In this document: positions 53,105 to 64,000 of the stretch, piece after piece
How the letters are laid out: the number at the start of each line of letters is the position of its first letter
How positions within the stretch are numbered: the stretch's first letter is position 1
NCBI GenBank assembly: GCA_963845385.1
Contig: CAWJRW010000006.1
Coordinates: 1,224,910 to 1,288,909, forward strand
Reading direction: 5' to 3'
DNA: 64,000 nt
From: an uncultured Alphaproteobacteria bacterium
GTDB taxonomy: Bacteria > Pseudomonadota > Alphaproteobacteria > CAWJRW01
Made by a program: the position numbers and the translations under genes
Notes under the pieces: generated by a model
Told to the model about the DNA's origin: nothing
Databases searched by the model: none
The model's input: only the letters and a program-made list of their open reading frames with translations

Positions 53105-53241
53105 TCACCCAATGCCCACCGCCTTCATGCGCTCCACCACGTGCTCGACAGTGCGGCGCACTTTGGGCGCGATGAGGCGGTTCGAGGGACAGACGGCGAA
53201 GGCGCCCCTTGTGGGTGTGGGGAAATCTTCGCGCATGCGCC
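53105..53241 (-). pseudogene. Fossil 3' end of a LysR-family regulator gene (second copy)
   Basis: ...ALRRMREDFPTPTRGAFAVCPSNRLIAPKVRRTVEHVVERMKAVGIG*. Diverged from the copy at 52268-52404. Confidence 0.6.
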
Positions 53242-53526
53242 TCAGCGCGCTTCGCGGCCGTGCCAGACGCGGAGAATGACGATCGTGTCTCTCTGCGTCA
53301 GGTGCGCATAGCGCAACACGTAAGCCGACGTGCCGAATGGCACGACGAGCTCGCGCACGCCGGGAATGCCGGATGGGCGGCCGGGATCGGGAAAGATTTC
53401 CAGGGATTGTATGGCAGCGTCGAGAACATCGGCGATCTGTTGCGAAGCCGATGCGCTCTTGTCTTCAAGAAACGTGTGCAGCCGCTCGAGGTCCGCAGCG
53501 GCGGCCTGAGAGACGATCAGCCTCAC
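53242..53526 (-). CDS. parE: ParE/RelE-family toxin (tandem copy 3)
   Basis: Same as copy 2 except for AR->DP and A->T substitutions. It lies exactly 837 bp from copy 2. Confidence 0.85.
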   Translation of the reverse strand: MRLIVSQAAAADLERLHTFLEDKSASASQQIADVLDAAIQSLEIFPDPGRPSGIPGVRELVVPFGTSAYVLRYAHLTQRDTIVILRVWHGREAR

Positions 53527-53843
53527 AGCTTGCGCGGCTTCGGCGGCGGAAGCTCGTTCGGCGTGCCCCAGCTTTGCATCCAGGCCTTGACCTCGTCCCA
53601 GGGCACGCCGAGCCCGTTGCGCTCGAACTCGGCAAGCCGTCGCGCATCCTCGGCGAGGATTTCGGGCGCCCACGGGCCGCGGCCCGCGGCACGCATGGTT
53701 TCGAGGTCGGGCGGCAGGGATTCTTCGGTTTGGGCAATCTCGGCAAGAAGCTCGGCGACTGAAATTCCACGCGCCGCGGCGCGTGCTTCGAGCGCATCGG
53801 CCGTCGCCGCGTCGATCTCGATCTTGCGCAGCTTGATGGTCAT
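53523..53843 (-). CDS. parD: Ribbon-helix-helix antitoxin (ParD-like; tandem copy 3)
   Basis: Intact 106-aa ORF. Its start lies 26 nt downstream of the rpoD stop. Confidence 0.8.
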   Translation of the reverse strand: MTIKLRKIEIDAATADALEARAAARGISVAELLAEIAQTEESLPPDLETMRAAGRGPWAPEILAEDARRLAEFERNGLGVPWDEVKAWMQSWGTPNELPPPKPRKL

Positions 53844-53868
53844 GCAAAAAGCCTACGCCAGCGCGTCC

Positions 53869-55992
53869 TCAATTGTCCAGGAAGCTTCGCAGCTTCCGCG
53901 ACCGGCTCGGGTGCTTGAGCTTGCGCAGCGCCTTCGCCTCGATCTGGCGGATGCGTTCGCGCGTCACCGAGAACTGCTGACCCACTTCTTCGAGCGTGTG
54001 GTCGGTGTTCATGCCGATGCCGAAGCGCATGCGCAGCACGCGCTCTTCGCGCGGCGTGAGCGAGGCGAGCACGCGCGTGGTCGTCTCGCGCAAGTTCGAC
54101 TGGATCGCGGCGTCGATGGGCAGGATCGCGTTCTTGTCCTCGATGAAGTCGCCGAGATGGCTGTCCTCCTCGTCGCCGATGGGCGTTTCGAGCGAGATCG
54201 GCTCCTTCGCGATCTTCAAGACTTTGCGCACTTTCTCGAGCGGCATGGCGAGCTTTTCGGCGAGCTCCTCGGGCGTGGGCTCGCGGCCGATCTCGTGCAG
54301 CATCTGGCGCGACGTGCGCACGAGCTTGTTGATAGTCTCGATCATGTGCACGGGAATGCGGATGGTGCGCGCCTGATCGGCGATCGAGCGCGTGATGGCC
54401 TGCCGGATCCACCACGTGGCGTAGGTCGAGAACTTGTAGCCGCGGCGGTACTCGAACTTGTCCACCGCCTTCATGAGGCCGATATTGCCTTCCTGGATGA
54501 GATCCAAGAACTGCAGCCCCCGGTTCGTGTATTTCTTGGCGATGGAAATGACGAGGCGCAGATTGGCCTCCACCATTTCTTTCTTGGCCTGGCGGGCTTC
54601 CTTCTCGCCCTTCTGCACCGTCTGCACGATGCGGCGGTACTCGGCGATCTCGAGCCCGGTCTCGCGCGACAGCTTGTGAATCTCGTTGCGGATTTCCTTG
54701 ACGGCGGCGCGCTCGACCTGCACGTACTCCTTCCAGCCCTTGCCCGCGAGGCGGCCAACGCGGCGCGTCCAATTCGGGTCGAGCTCGTTGCCGAGATACT
54801 GCTTCAGAAAATCGTCGCGGCTCACGCGGTGACTTTCGGCGAGCCGCAGAAGCTTGCCTTCGAGCGAGACGAGCCTGCGGTTGATGCCGTAGATCTGATC
54901 GACCAGCGCCTCGATGCGGTTGTTGTTGAGGCGCAGGCTCTTCATGAGATCGACGAGGCCGCCGCCGAGCTTGTTCAGGCGCCGGCCCTGGCTCGTGGAA
55001 ATGTCTTCGTTCTTGAGCTTCGCGCCGACATTGGCTTCCTGCAGCCGGCGCAGCTTTTTGTACTCGCCCGCGACCTTGTCGAAGATCTCGAGCACTTGCG
55101 GCTTCAGCGCGATTTCCATGGCCGCGAGCGACATCGCGTTCTCGTCGTCGTCGCCGAAATCCTCTTCGCCCTCGGGCAGCTCAGGCTCGTCGCTGCCGTC
55201 CTTCTGGCCTGCCACGGCGGCGGGCGCGGGCGCGGGCGCGGGATCGGGCGCCGCACCCATGATTGCGGGAGCGGCTGCCGCCGGCACCACCACCACCGCC
55301 GCCGCCGCCGCCGGCACCGGCACCGGCACCGGCGCCGCACCGGGCTGGGGCACGCCGTCCGGGCCCTGGCCATAGGTGGCGTCGAGATCGATGACGTCAC
55401 GGAGCAGAATGCGCCCCTCGTTCAGCTCGTCGCGCCAGATGGTGATGGCGCGGAAGGTGAGCGGGCTCTCGCACAAGCCGCCGATCATGGTCTCGCGGCC
55501 GGCCTCGATGCGCTTGGCGATGGCGATCTCGCCCTCGCGGGAGAGGAGCTCCACCGAGCCCATCTCGCGCAGATACATGCGCACCGGGTCGTCCGTGCGG
55601 TCGAGCACCTCGGCCTCGGGCTTTGCCGTGAGCGCACCGTCCTCGCGCACGGCCGGCGGCTCGGGCTCGGCCTCGGCCTCTTCCTGCTCCTCGGTCTCGA
55701 CCACGTTGATGCCCATCTCCGAGAGCATGGACATGGTGTCCTCGATCTGCTCGGAGGACACCTGCTCGGAGGGCATCACCTTGTTCAGCTCGTCATAAGT
55801 GACATAGCCGCGCGTCTTGGCCTTGGCGATCATCTTGCGCACGGCCTGATCGTTGAGATCGAGGAGCGGCTGGTCTTGCGTCTCGGCGCCGGGCTCCGCC
55901 GCGCCACCTGGGGTGGGGGTCGCGGGCTTGGCGCCGGCACGCGGCTCGGGCGCGCGGCGCTTCGTCTTCGTCTGTTCCTGCTCACGCGCCAT
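53869..55992 (-). CDS. rpoD: RNA polymerase primary sigma factor (sigma-70)
   Basis: Intact 707-aa ORF. Regions 1.1-4.2 are recognisable ([57 protein letters not shown]...[42 protein letters not shown]). Confidence 0.97.
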   Translation of the reverse strand: MAREQEQTKTKRRAPEPRAGAKPATPTPGGAAEPGAETQDQPLLDLNDQAVRKMIAKAKTRGYVTYDELNKVMPSEQVSSEQIEDTMSMLSEMGINVVETEEQEEAEAEPEPPAVREDGALTAKPEAEVLDRTDDPVRMYLREMGSVELLSREGEIAIAKRIEAGRETMIGGLCESPLTFRAITIWRDELNEGRILLRDVIDLDATYGQGPDGVPQPGAAPVPVPVPAAAAAVVVVPAAAAPAIMGAAPDPAPAPAPAAVAGQKDGSDEPELPEGEEDFGDDDENAMSLAAMEIALKPQVLEIFDKVAGEYKKLRRLQEANVGAKLKNEDISTSQGRRLNKLGGGLVDLMKSLRLNNNRIEALVDQIYGINRRLVSLEGKLLRLAESHRVSRDDFLKQYLGNELDPNWTRRVGRLAGKGWKEYVQVERAAVKEIRNEIHKLSRETGLEIAEYRRIVQTVQKGEKEARQAKKEMVEANLRLVISIAKKYTNRGLQFLDLIQEGNIGLMKAVDKFEYRRGYKFSTYATWWIRQAITRSIADQARTIRIPVHMIETINKLVRTSRQMLHEIGREPTPEELAEKLAMPLEKVRKVLKIAKEPISLETPIGDEEDSHLGDFIEDKNAILPIDAAIQSNLRETTTRVLASLTPREERVLRMRFGIGMNTDHTLEEVGQQFSVTRERIRQIEAKALRKLKHPSRSRKLRSFLDN

Positions 55993-56055
55993 GGATGTCC
56001 GGACTCCTTAATGAAAAGCGGCGGCGCCCAGCCCCCGGGGCTTCACGCAATGCTC

Positions 56056-57962
56056 CTACCCTATGGGGCGAGAGCTCTCGGTTGTCAGAGCCTGCCACTC
56101 CAGGACGAGCGCCCGGAGCCGCAACAACGTGGATTCGTCCTCGCCTTGGCTCAAATCGGCAGTCGCCTGGTCCAAATCCGCGCGCAGACGGCGCCCGCGC
56201 GCCAGCCGCTCGGCGGCGCGCCGCCATTGCCGTTCCGCCTCGTCAACCGAAAGACCCACCCAATTCGCGCTCATTCTGCGCACGACATCTCGCGCGAAAA
56301 GACTCTTCCGCGGCATCGATCAGGCCGCGATTCCTCAAGTGGTCCTTGAGCAAGAGCGTGTCAAGGCTTCCCCCGCGCGAGGTCAGGTCTATGAGTTCAT
56401 TGGACAATCGGTCAAGCTCGGGGGCCGAGAAAGAGACCTCCGTCAGGGCCTCGCCGACCCGCTCCAAAAGCTCGGGCAGCGCGATGAGGGTCGCCATGAG
56501 GGCGCCCTCCACCTCCTCCAGAAAGGCCGGCGGCAGGGCCGCGTTGTTGAGCCCCGCCCGCACCAGGGGCGAGCGGCGCAGGCCCGGGCTTGCGGCCGGC
56601 GGAGATGGCCGGCGTCCTGTTCCCCCTTTCGTGAAGGCGGAAGAAAAGAGCGCGCTCAGGCGCTCGGCAAAGGCGCGGCCGTAATTGAGCCGAACCCCGG
56701 GCTCGGCGATCCGGCGCACAAGCGCCCGCAAGCGCTCCTCGAACTCGGCCCGGCGCTCGGGCGTGTCGAGTGGCTGGGCCGCAACCTCGCGTTCCCAGAG
56801 AAAATCGACCAGCGCGTCGGGCGAGCCGAGGCATGCCTCCATGGCCGCGCGCCCGCGCTTTCGTATGAGATCGTCGGGGTCGAGCCCCTCGGGCAGCAGC
56901 GCGAAGCGCAAGGAGCGCCCGGGCTTCACGTGAGGGAGCGCGAGATCGGCCGCGCGCAAGGCCGCGCGCTTGCCCGCCTCGTCGCCGTCGAAGCACAGAA
57001 TGGGCTCGGGCGCGGCCTGCCAGAGAAGTGCGAGCTGATCTTCGGTGAGCGCGGTGCCGAGCGGCGCCACGGCGTTGGTGAAGCCCGCGCCATGGAGCGC
57101 AATCACGTCCATGTAGCCTTCGGCGACGATGAGCGTCCCCGCCTGCGCGGCCGAAGCCACTTCGGCGCGGCGAAGGCCCGTCTCGCGCGCGGCCTTGCGC
57201 GCGGCGGCGAAGTTGAAGAGGAGCTTGCCTTTGTGGAAGAGCGGCGTCTCGGGCGAGTTGAGATATTTCGGCACTTGAGGATCGCGCGACAGCGTGCGCC
57301 CGCCAAAGCCCGCGAGCCGTCCCCGCGCATCGCGAATGGGAAAGATCACGCGCTCGCGGAAACGGTCGTAAGCGCCGCGCTCGGCGTCGGCTATGACAAG
57401 CCCCGCCTCGACCATGAGCGGCTCCTTGTAGCCCGCGCGCTTCAGATGATCGAAGAGCGCGGTGCGGCTCGCCGGCGCGTAGCCGAGCTCGAAGCTTTGC
57501 CAGAGCTCGGGCCCGCAGCCGCGCCCGGCAAGATAAGCGCGCGCCTCGGCGCCCTCTTGGCCGCGCAACGCCGCGACGAAGAAGCTCTGCGCCGCCTCGA
57601 GCACTTCGGCGAGCGCCGCGCGCCGCTCGTCCACCGCCTCGGATCTCGGCGTCGCGCTTGGGCAGCGAGAGCCCCGCGGTTTCCGCGAGCCGCTCCACCG
57701 CCTCGACGAAAGAAAGATTGTCGATGGCCATGGTGAAGCCGATGGCATCCCCGCTCACGCCGCAGCCGAAGCAGTGATAGAAGCCCTTGGCGTCGTCGAC
57801 ATGGAAGGACGGCGTCTTCTCGCCATGGAACGGGCAGCAGGCCCAATAGTCGCGCTTGCGCGCATTGGACTTGCGCGGATCGAAGCTCACGCGCTGACCC
57901 ACGATCGCGGCCAGCGAGATGCGGGCGCGCAGCTCGTCGAGAAACTCGGGCGGAAAGTTCAT
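56056..57962 (-). CDS. dnaG: DNA primase (two frame breaks, ~57660 and ~56290)
   Basis: Zinc finger ...DYWACCPFHGEKTPSFHVDDAKGFYHCFGCGVSGD. The TOPRIM region ...IVAEGYMDVIALHGAGF...CFDGDEAGKRAA is in ORF 56243..57748. The tail is in ORF 56056..56316. Confidence 0.92.
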
Positions 57963-58083
57963 GCGGCGGCGGCGCCGATCAGCGTGAAAGGGAGTCGTTA
58001 TCTATGGGCTGATTCGCGCAGGCAAGGCGAATCAGCACCGCGTCTGGTGTGATGAAAGGAGCGAGAACGCGGCGTTGCGCGCA

Positions 58084-58542
58084 CTACCCGTGGCTCAGGA
58101 TTTCCTTCACGATGGCCGAGGCTTTGCCGAAATCCATGCGGCCGGGATAGCGCTCCTTGAGCGCGCCCATGCACTTGCCCATGTCGCGGAGGCCCGAGGC
58201 GCCGAGCTCGCCCACCACTTCCTGGCAGGCGCCGCGCGTCTCATCGGGCGAAAGCTGCTTCGGCATGAAGGATTCGATGATTGTGATCTCCTCGCGCTCT
58301 TGGGCGACGAGATCGGGCCGGTTGCCTTTCTCGAAGGCTTCGATCGATTCCAGGCGCTGGCGCACCATCTTGGCCAGGAGCTGCAGGATCTCGTCATCGG
58401 TGACGCCGCCTGCGCGATCCTCCCCGCGCGCGGCGATGTCGCGATCCTTGATAGCCGCGAGGATGAGACGCAGCGTCGATGTCCGGCGCTGCTCGCGCGC
58501 TTTGAGCGCGTGCTTCAAGGCCTCGCTGAGCTCGGTACGCAT
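58084..58542 (-). CDS. GatB/YqeY-domain protein
   Basis: MRTELSEALKHALKAREQRRTSTLRLILAAIKDRDIA...MGKCMGALKERYPGRMDFGKASAIVKEIL, from the internal ATG of ORF 58084..58635. Confidence 0.85.
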   Translation of the reverse strand: MRTELSEALKHALKAREQRRTSTLRLILAAIKDRDIAARGEDRAGGVTDDEILQLLAKMVRQRLESIEAFEKGNRPDLVAQEREEITIIESFMPKQLSPDETRGACQEVVGELGASGLRDMGKCMGALKERYPGRMDFGKASAIVKEILSHG

Positions 58543-58742
58543 GATGCCTCCATGTTGCACTGCGAAAGCGGGGACTCTAGTCCGAGTCCGGCTCTCCCGC
58601 AATCGCGCAATTAATTTACAACTTATTGAATTCATTAGTCTTTCTTCGACACCGGCGGCTTGACGCCAACCGACTGCTTCCCTTAAGGTCCGCCAAGCCG
58701 GCGGCGCGGACGGTTGCTCGCGACTGCCTCCGGAGTTCCCGA

Positions 58743-59936
58743 ATGAGCCAAGGTCTGCCCACCGCCACCGATCCGGCGGAACGTTTCGTGCGCGCGGCGA
58801 CGGGTGCCCTTGTGCTCGCCGATGGCACGATGTTCAGCGGCCAGGGTCTCGGCGCCGCGGGCGAGGCCGTGGGCGAGGTGTGCTTCAACACCGCGATGAC
58901 CGGGTATCAGGAGATCCTCACGGACCCCTCCTATGCCGGCCAGATCATCACCTTCACCTTCCCGCATATCGGAAATGTGGGGGCGAACGACGAGGACCTG
59001 GAAGCCGCGACGCCCGCGCTGTGCGGCGTGGTCCTGCGCGCCGACATCACGGCGCCTTCGAGCTACCGCGCCCTGCACCATCTCGACCAATGGCTCAAGC
59101 GGCGTGGCATCGTGGGCTTAAGCGGCATCGACACGCGCGCGCTGACGCGCCTCATCCGCGAGCGCGGGAGCCCCAAGGGCGCCATCATCCATGCGCCGGA
59201 CGGCGTGATCGACGACAGGAAGCTGCGCAAACAGGCGCAGAGCTGGAGCGGGCTCGAGGGCCTCGATCTCGCGAAAGACGTCACCTGCCGCCAGCTCTAC
59301 GCTTTCGACGAGACGCGCTGGCTGTGGGGCAAAGGCTACGGACGGCAAGAGCATCCGACTCGCCACGTCGTCGCCATCGATTACGGCATCAAGCGCAACA
59401 TCCTGCGCATGCTCGCCTCGGCGGGCTGCCGGCTCACGATCTTGCCCGCGACGGCAAGCGCGGACGACGTGCTCGCGCAAAAGCCCGACGGAGTCTTCCT
59501 CTCCAACGGCCCGGGCGATCCCGCCGCCACCGGCGAATATGCGGTGCCCATGATCCGCGGCGTCATCGACAAAGGCGTGCCGCTGTTCGGCATCTGCCTC
59601 GGCCATCAGATGCTGGGGCTCGCGCTCGGCGGGCGCACGGTGAAGATGCACCAGGGCCATCACGGCGCGAACCATCCGGTGAAGGATCTCGCGACCGGCA
59701 AGGTCGAGATCGTGTCCATGAATCACGGTTTCACGGTCGAGCGCGCATCATTGCCGAAGACCGTGATCGAGACACACGTCTCGCTTTTCGACGGCAGCAA
59801 TTGCGGGCTGGCGCTGAACGATAAGCCGGTCTTCTCCGTGCAATATCACCCCGAAGCCTCCCCCGGCCCCCACGACAGCCATTATCTCTTTGAACGATTC
59901 ACAGCGGCGATTGACAAGCGAGGACGCCAACGGTGA
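58743..59936 (+). CDS. carA: Carbamoyl-phosphate synthase small (glutaminase) subunit
   Basis: Intact. ...[34 protein letters not shown]...[18 protein letters not shown]...HGANHPV...[13 protein letters not shown]. From the internal ATG of ORF 58626..59936. Confidence 0.95.
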   Translation: MSQGLPTATDPAERFVRAATGALVLADGTMFSGQGLGAAGEAVGEVCFNTAMTGYQEILTDPSYAGQIITFTFPHIGNVGANDEDLEAATPALCGVVLRADITAPSSYRALHHLDQWLKRRGIVGLSGIDTRALTRLIRERGSPKGAIIHAPDGVIDDRKLRKQAQSWSGLEGLDLAKDVTCRQLYAFDETRWLWGKGYGRQEHPTRHVVAIDYGIKRNILRMLASAGCRLTILPATASADDVLAQKPDGVFLSNGPGDPAATGEYAVPMIRGVIDKGVPLFGICLGHQMLGLALGGRTVKMHQGHHGANHPVKDLATGKVEIVSMNHGFTVERASLPKTVIETHVSLFDGSNCGLALNDKPVFSVQYHPEASPGPHDSHYLFERFTAAIDKRGRQR

Positions 59937-60070
59937 CGACGAGCGAGCCGGTGAACGCGGATGGTCCGGTGGTCGATCCGGACTTCGACGCAGCCTTGCT
60001 CGCTCTGGCAAGCTTAGCCTTCGACGATGGGAACAGCCCGGAAGCCGATGAAGCGTTCAAGGATCTCTGA

Positions 60071-60345
60071 TCCGTTCACCCCCCTCCCCAGCCCTCCCCC
60101 TCAAGGGGGGAGGGGGAAGAAGAGAGTCCCTCCCCCTCATGGAGGGAGGAAGAGAGCTACCGTCCGGAATCAAGGTGAACAGGACGACATCAAGCACGCG
60201 TCACAAAAGCGTGCCGCTATAGACGACACGGGATCAACGGTCTCGTCCCCCTCCCCCCTTGAGGGGGAGGGATAGGGAGGGCACGGCGGGCGGGCAGATC
60301 ACGATCATCGGATCCCCTCCCCCCTTGAGGGGGAGGGATAGGGAG
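60071..60345. repeat. Cluster of four 'CCCTCCCCC-N4-GGGGGAGGG' hairpin repeats (a fifth at 60690-60722)
   Basis: CCCTCCCCCTCAAGGGGGGAGGG (60.09 kb) and CCCTCCCCCTCATGGAGGGAGG (60.13 kb). There are also two direct copies of CCCCTCCCCCCTTGAGGGGGAGGGATAGGGAGGG, at ~60245 and ~60312. Confidence 0.85.
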
Positions 60346-60726
60346 GGGGGTCCGCGCAAAGCAACAGCGAAGGCACGTGTGTTGCGGCGCAGTTCGACGG
60401 ACGCCGAACACAAGCTCTGGCTTGCGCTGAGGCGCAATCGGCTTGGCGTGCACTTCCGCCGCCAACAGGCGATCAACCGCTACATTGTCGACTTCTTCTG
60501 TCCATCGGCGAAGCTGATCATCGAGCTTGACGGCGGACAGCACGCGGAAATGCAAAAGGCGTACGATGACGCGCGCACTGCCTGGCTGAATGCACGCGGC
60601 TATCGCGTGTTGCGTTTCTGGAATGACGACGTGCTGAAGAATATCGACGGTGTGGTCGAAGCGATCGGCACGGCTGTCGCCGCTACCCCCCTCCCCAACC
60701 CTCCCCCTCAAGGGGGGAGGGAGTAA
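60259..60726 (+). CDS. DUF559 (Vsr-like endonuclease fold) protein embedded in hairpin repeats; true start unclear
   Basis: ORF 60259..60726. ...[59 protein letters not shown]...[24 protein letters not shown]. Both termini ([10 protein letters not shown] / [12 protein letters not shown]) are translated repeat sequence. Confidence 0.8.
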   Translation: MRGRDREGTAGGQITIIGSPPPLRGRDREGGPRKATAKARVLRRSSTDAEHKLWLALRRNRLGVHFRRQQAINRYIVDFFCPSAKLIIELDGGQHAEMQKAYDDARTAWLNARGYRVLRFWNDDVLKNIDGVVEAIGTAVAATPLPNPPPQGGRE

Positions 60727-60740
60727 GTCGTCTCGCGGCC

Positions 60741-64000
<3,260 letters not shown>

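Noticed and set aside
51662-53868. CRISPR array or integron cassette array, suggested by regularly spaced repeats.
   Set aside because: The period is 837 bp and the repeated unit is protein-coding (ParDE). There are no 25-40 bp repeats with unique spacers, no cas genes, no intI gene and no recognisable attC sites.
53209-56349. Very long ORFs in the track: 1046 aa at 53209..56349 (+), 510 aa at 17867..19399 (+), 545 aa at 62264..63901 (-), 514 aa at 60708..62252 (-), 453 aa at 49051..50412 (+), and the tail of 4323..5852 (+).
   Set aside because: They run antisense to, or out of frame with, strongly recognisable genes (rpoD, TauD-like, carB, ldcA, rmlC). Their translations are Arg/Ala/Gly/Pro-rich low-complexity strings, typical of stop-poor shadow frames in high-GC DNA.
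58627-58634. The TGAATTCA palindrome in the AT-rich yqeY/carA divergent promoter region as an ArgR ARG box.
   Set aside because: It is only an 8-bp compressed palindrome, not the 18-bp ARG box, and ArgR is not expected in this lineage. It may still be promoter-related, but this is unsupported.
60071-60725. CRISPR-like array formed by the G/C-tract hairpins.
   Set aside because: The spacing is irregular (about 30 to 340 bp), the repeats differ in sequence and orientation, and the same family is dispersed singly across the window.

Overview
This is a high-GC chromosomal segment, roughly two-thirds G+C by eye. It looks alphaproteobacterial, Hyphomicrobiales/Rhizobiales-like, based on an extended IF-1 ending in RRR, dnaG-rpoD and yqeY-carA-carB synteny, and abundant 'CCCTCCCCC-N4-GGGGGAGGG' hairpin repeats. 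I recognise about 60 genes. In order they are: a minus-strand chemosensory operon (cheW-cheR(TPR)-cheW-MCP); sugar and envelope genes (SDR, rmlC, DUF4910, a GT2-GtrA fusion plus a GT-C-like membrane protein); cspA and infA; two TonB-dependent receptors and a tonB-exbB-exbD-exbD-TPR operon; a DUF898/M48 pair; MFS and Atm1-like ABC exporters; housekeeping genes (cimA, cysS, gltX, nadE, a Mur ligase plus ldcA, rpoD, dnaG, carA, carB); and a TIR-like membrane protein. The clearest accessory region is 49.8-53.9 kb, wedged between ldcA and rpoD. It holds a MazEF-like pair, a ~1.3 kb low-GC islet (an autoproteolytic LexA/S24 paralogue co-transcribed with a 112-aa five-repeat protein of unknown function), and three tandem ParDE-like toxin-antitoxin units that each carry fossil tails of a sigma-70 gene and a LysR gene. 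I rate the LexA-paralogue/repeat-protein module as the best candidate for something undescribed, but this is inference only. Major caveat: about 30 genes, including single-copy essential ones, need frame changes to stay in register. Most of these 'pseudogenes' are therefore probably assembly indel errors, and many boundaries are approximate. I recognised no rRNA, tRNA, CRISPR array, transposase or integrase.
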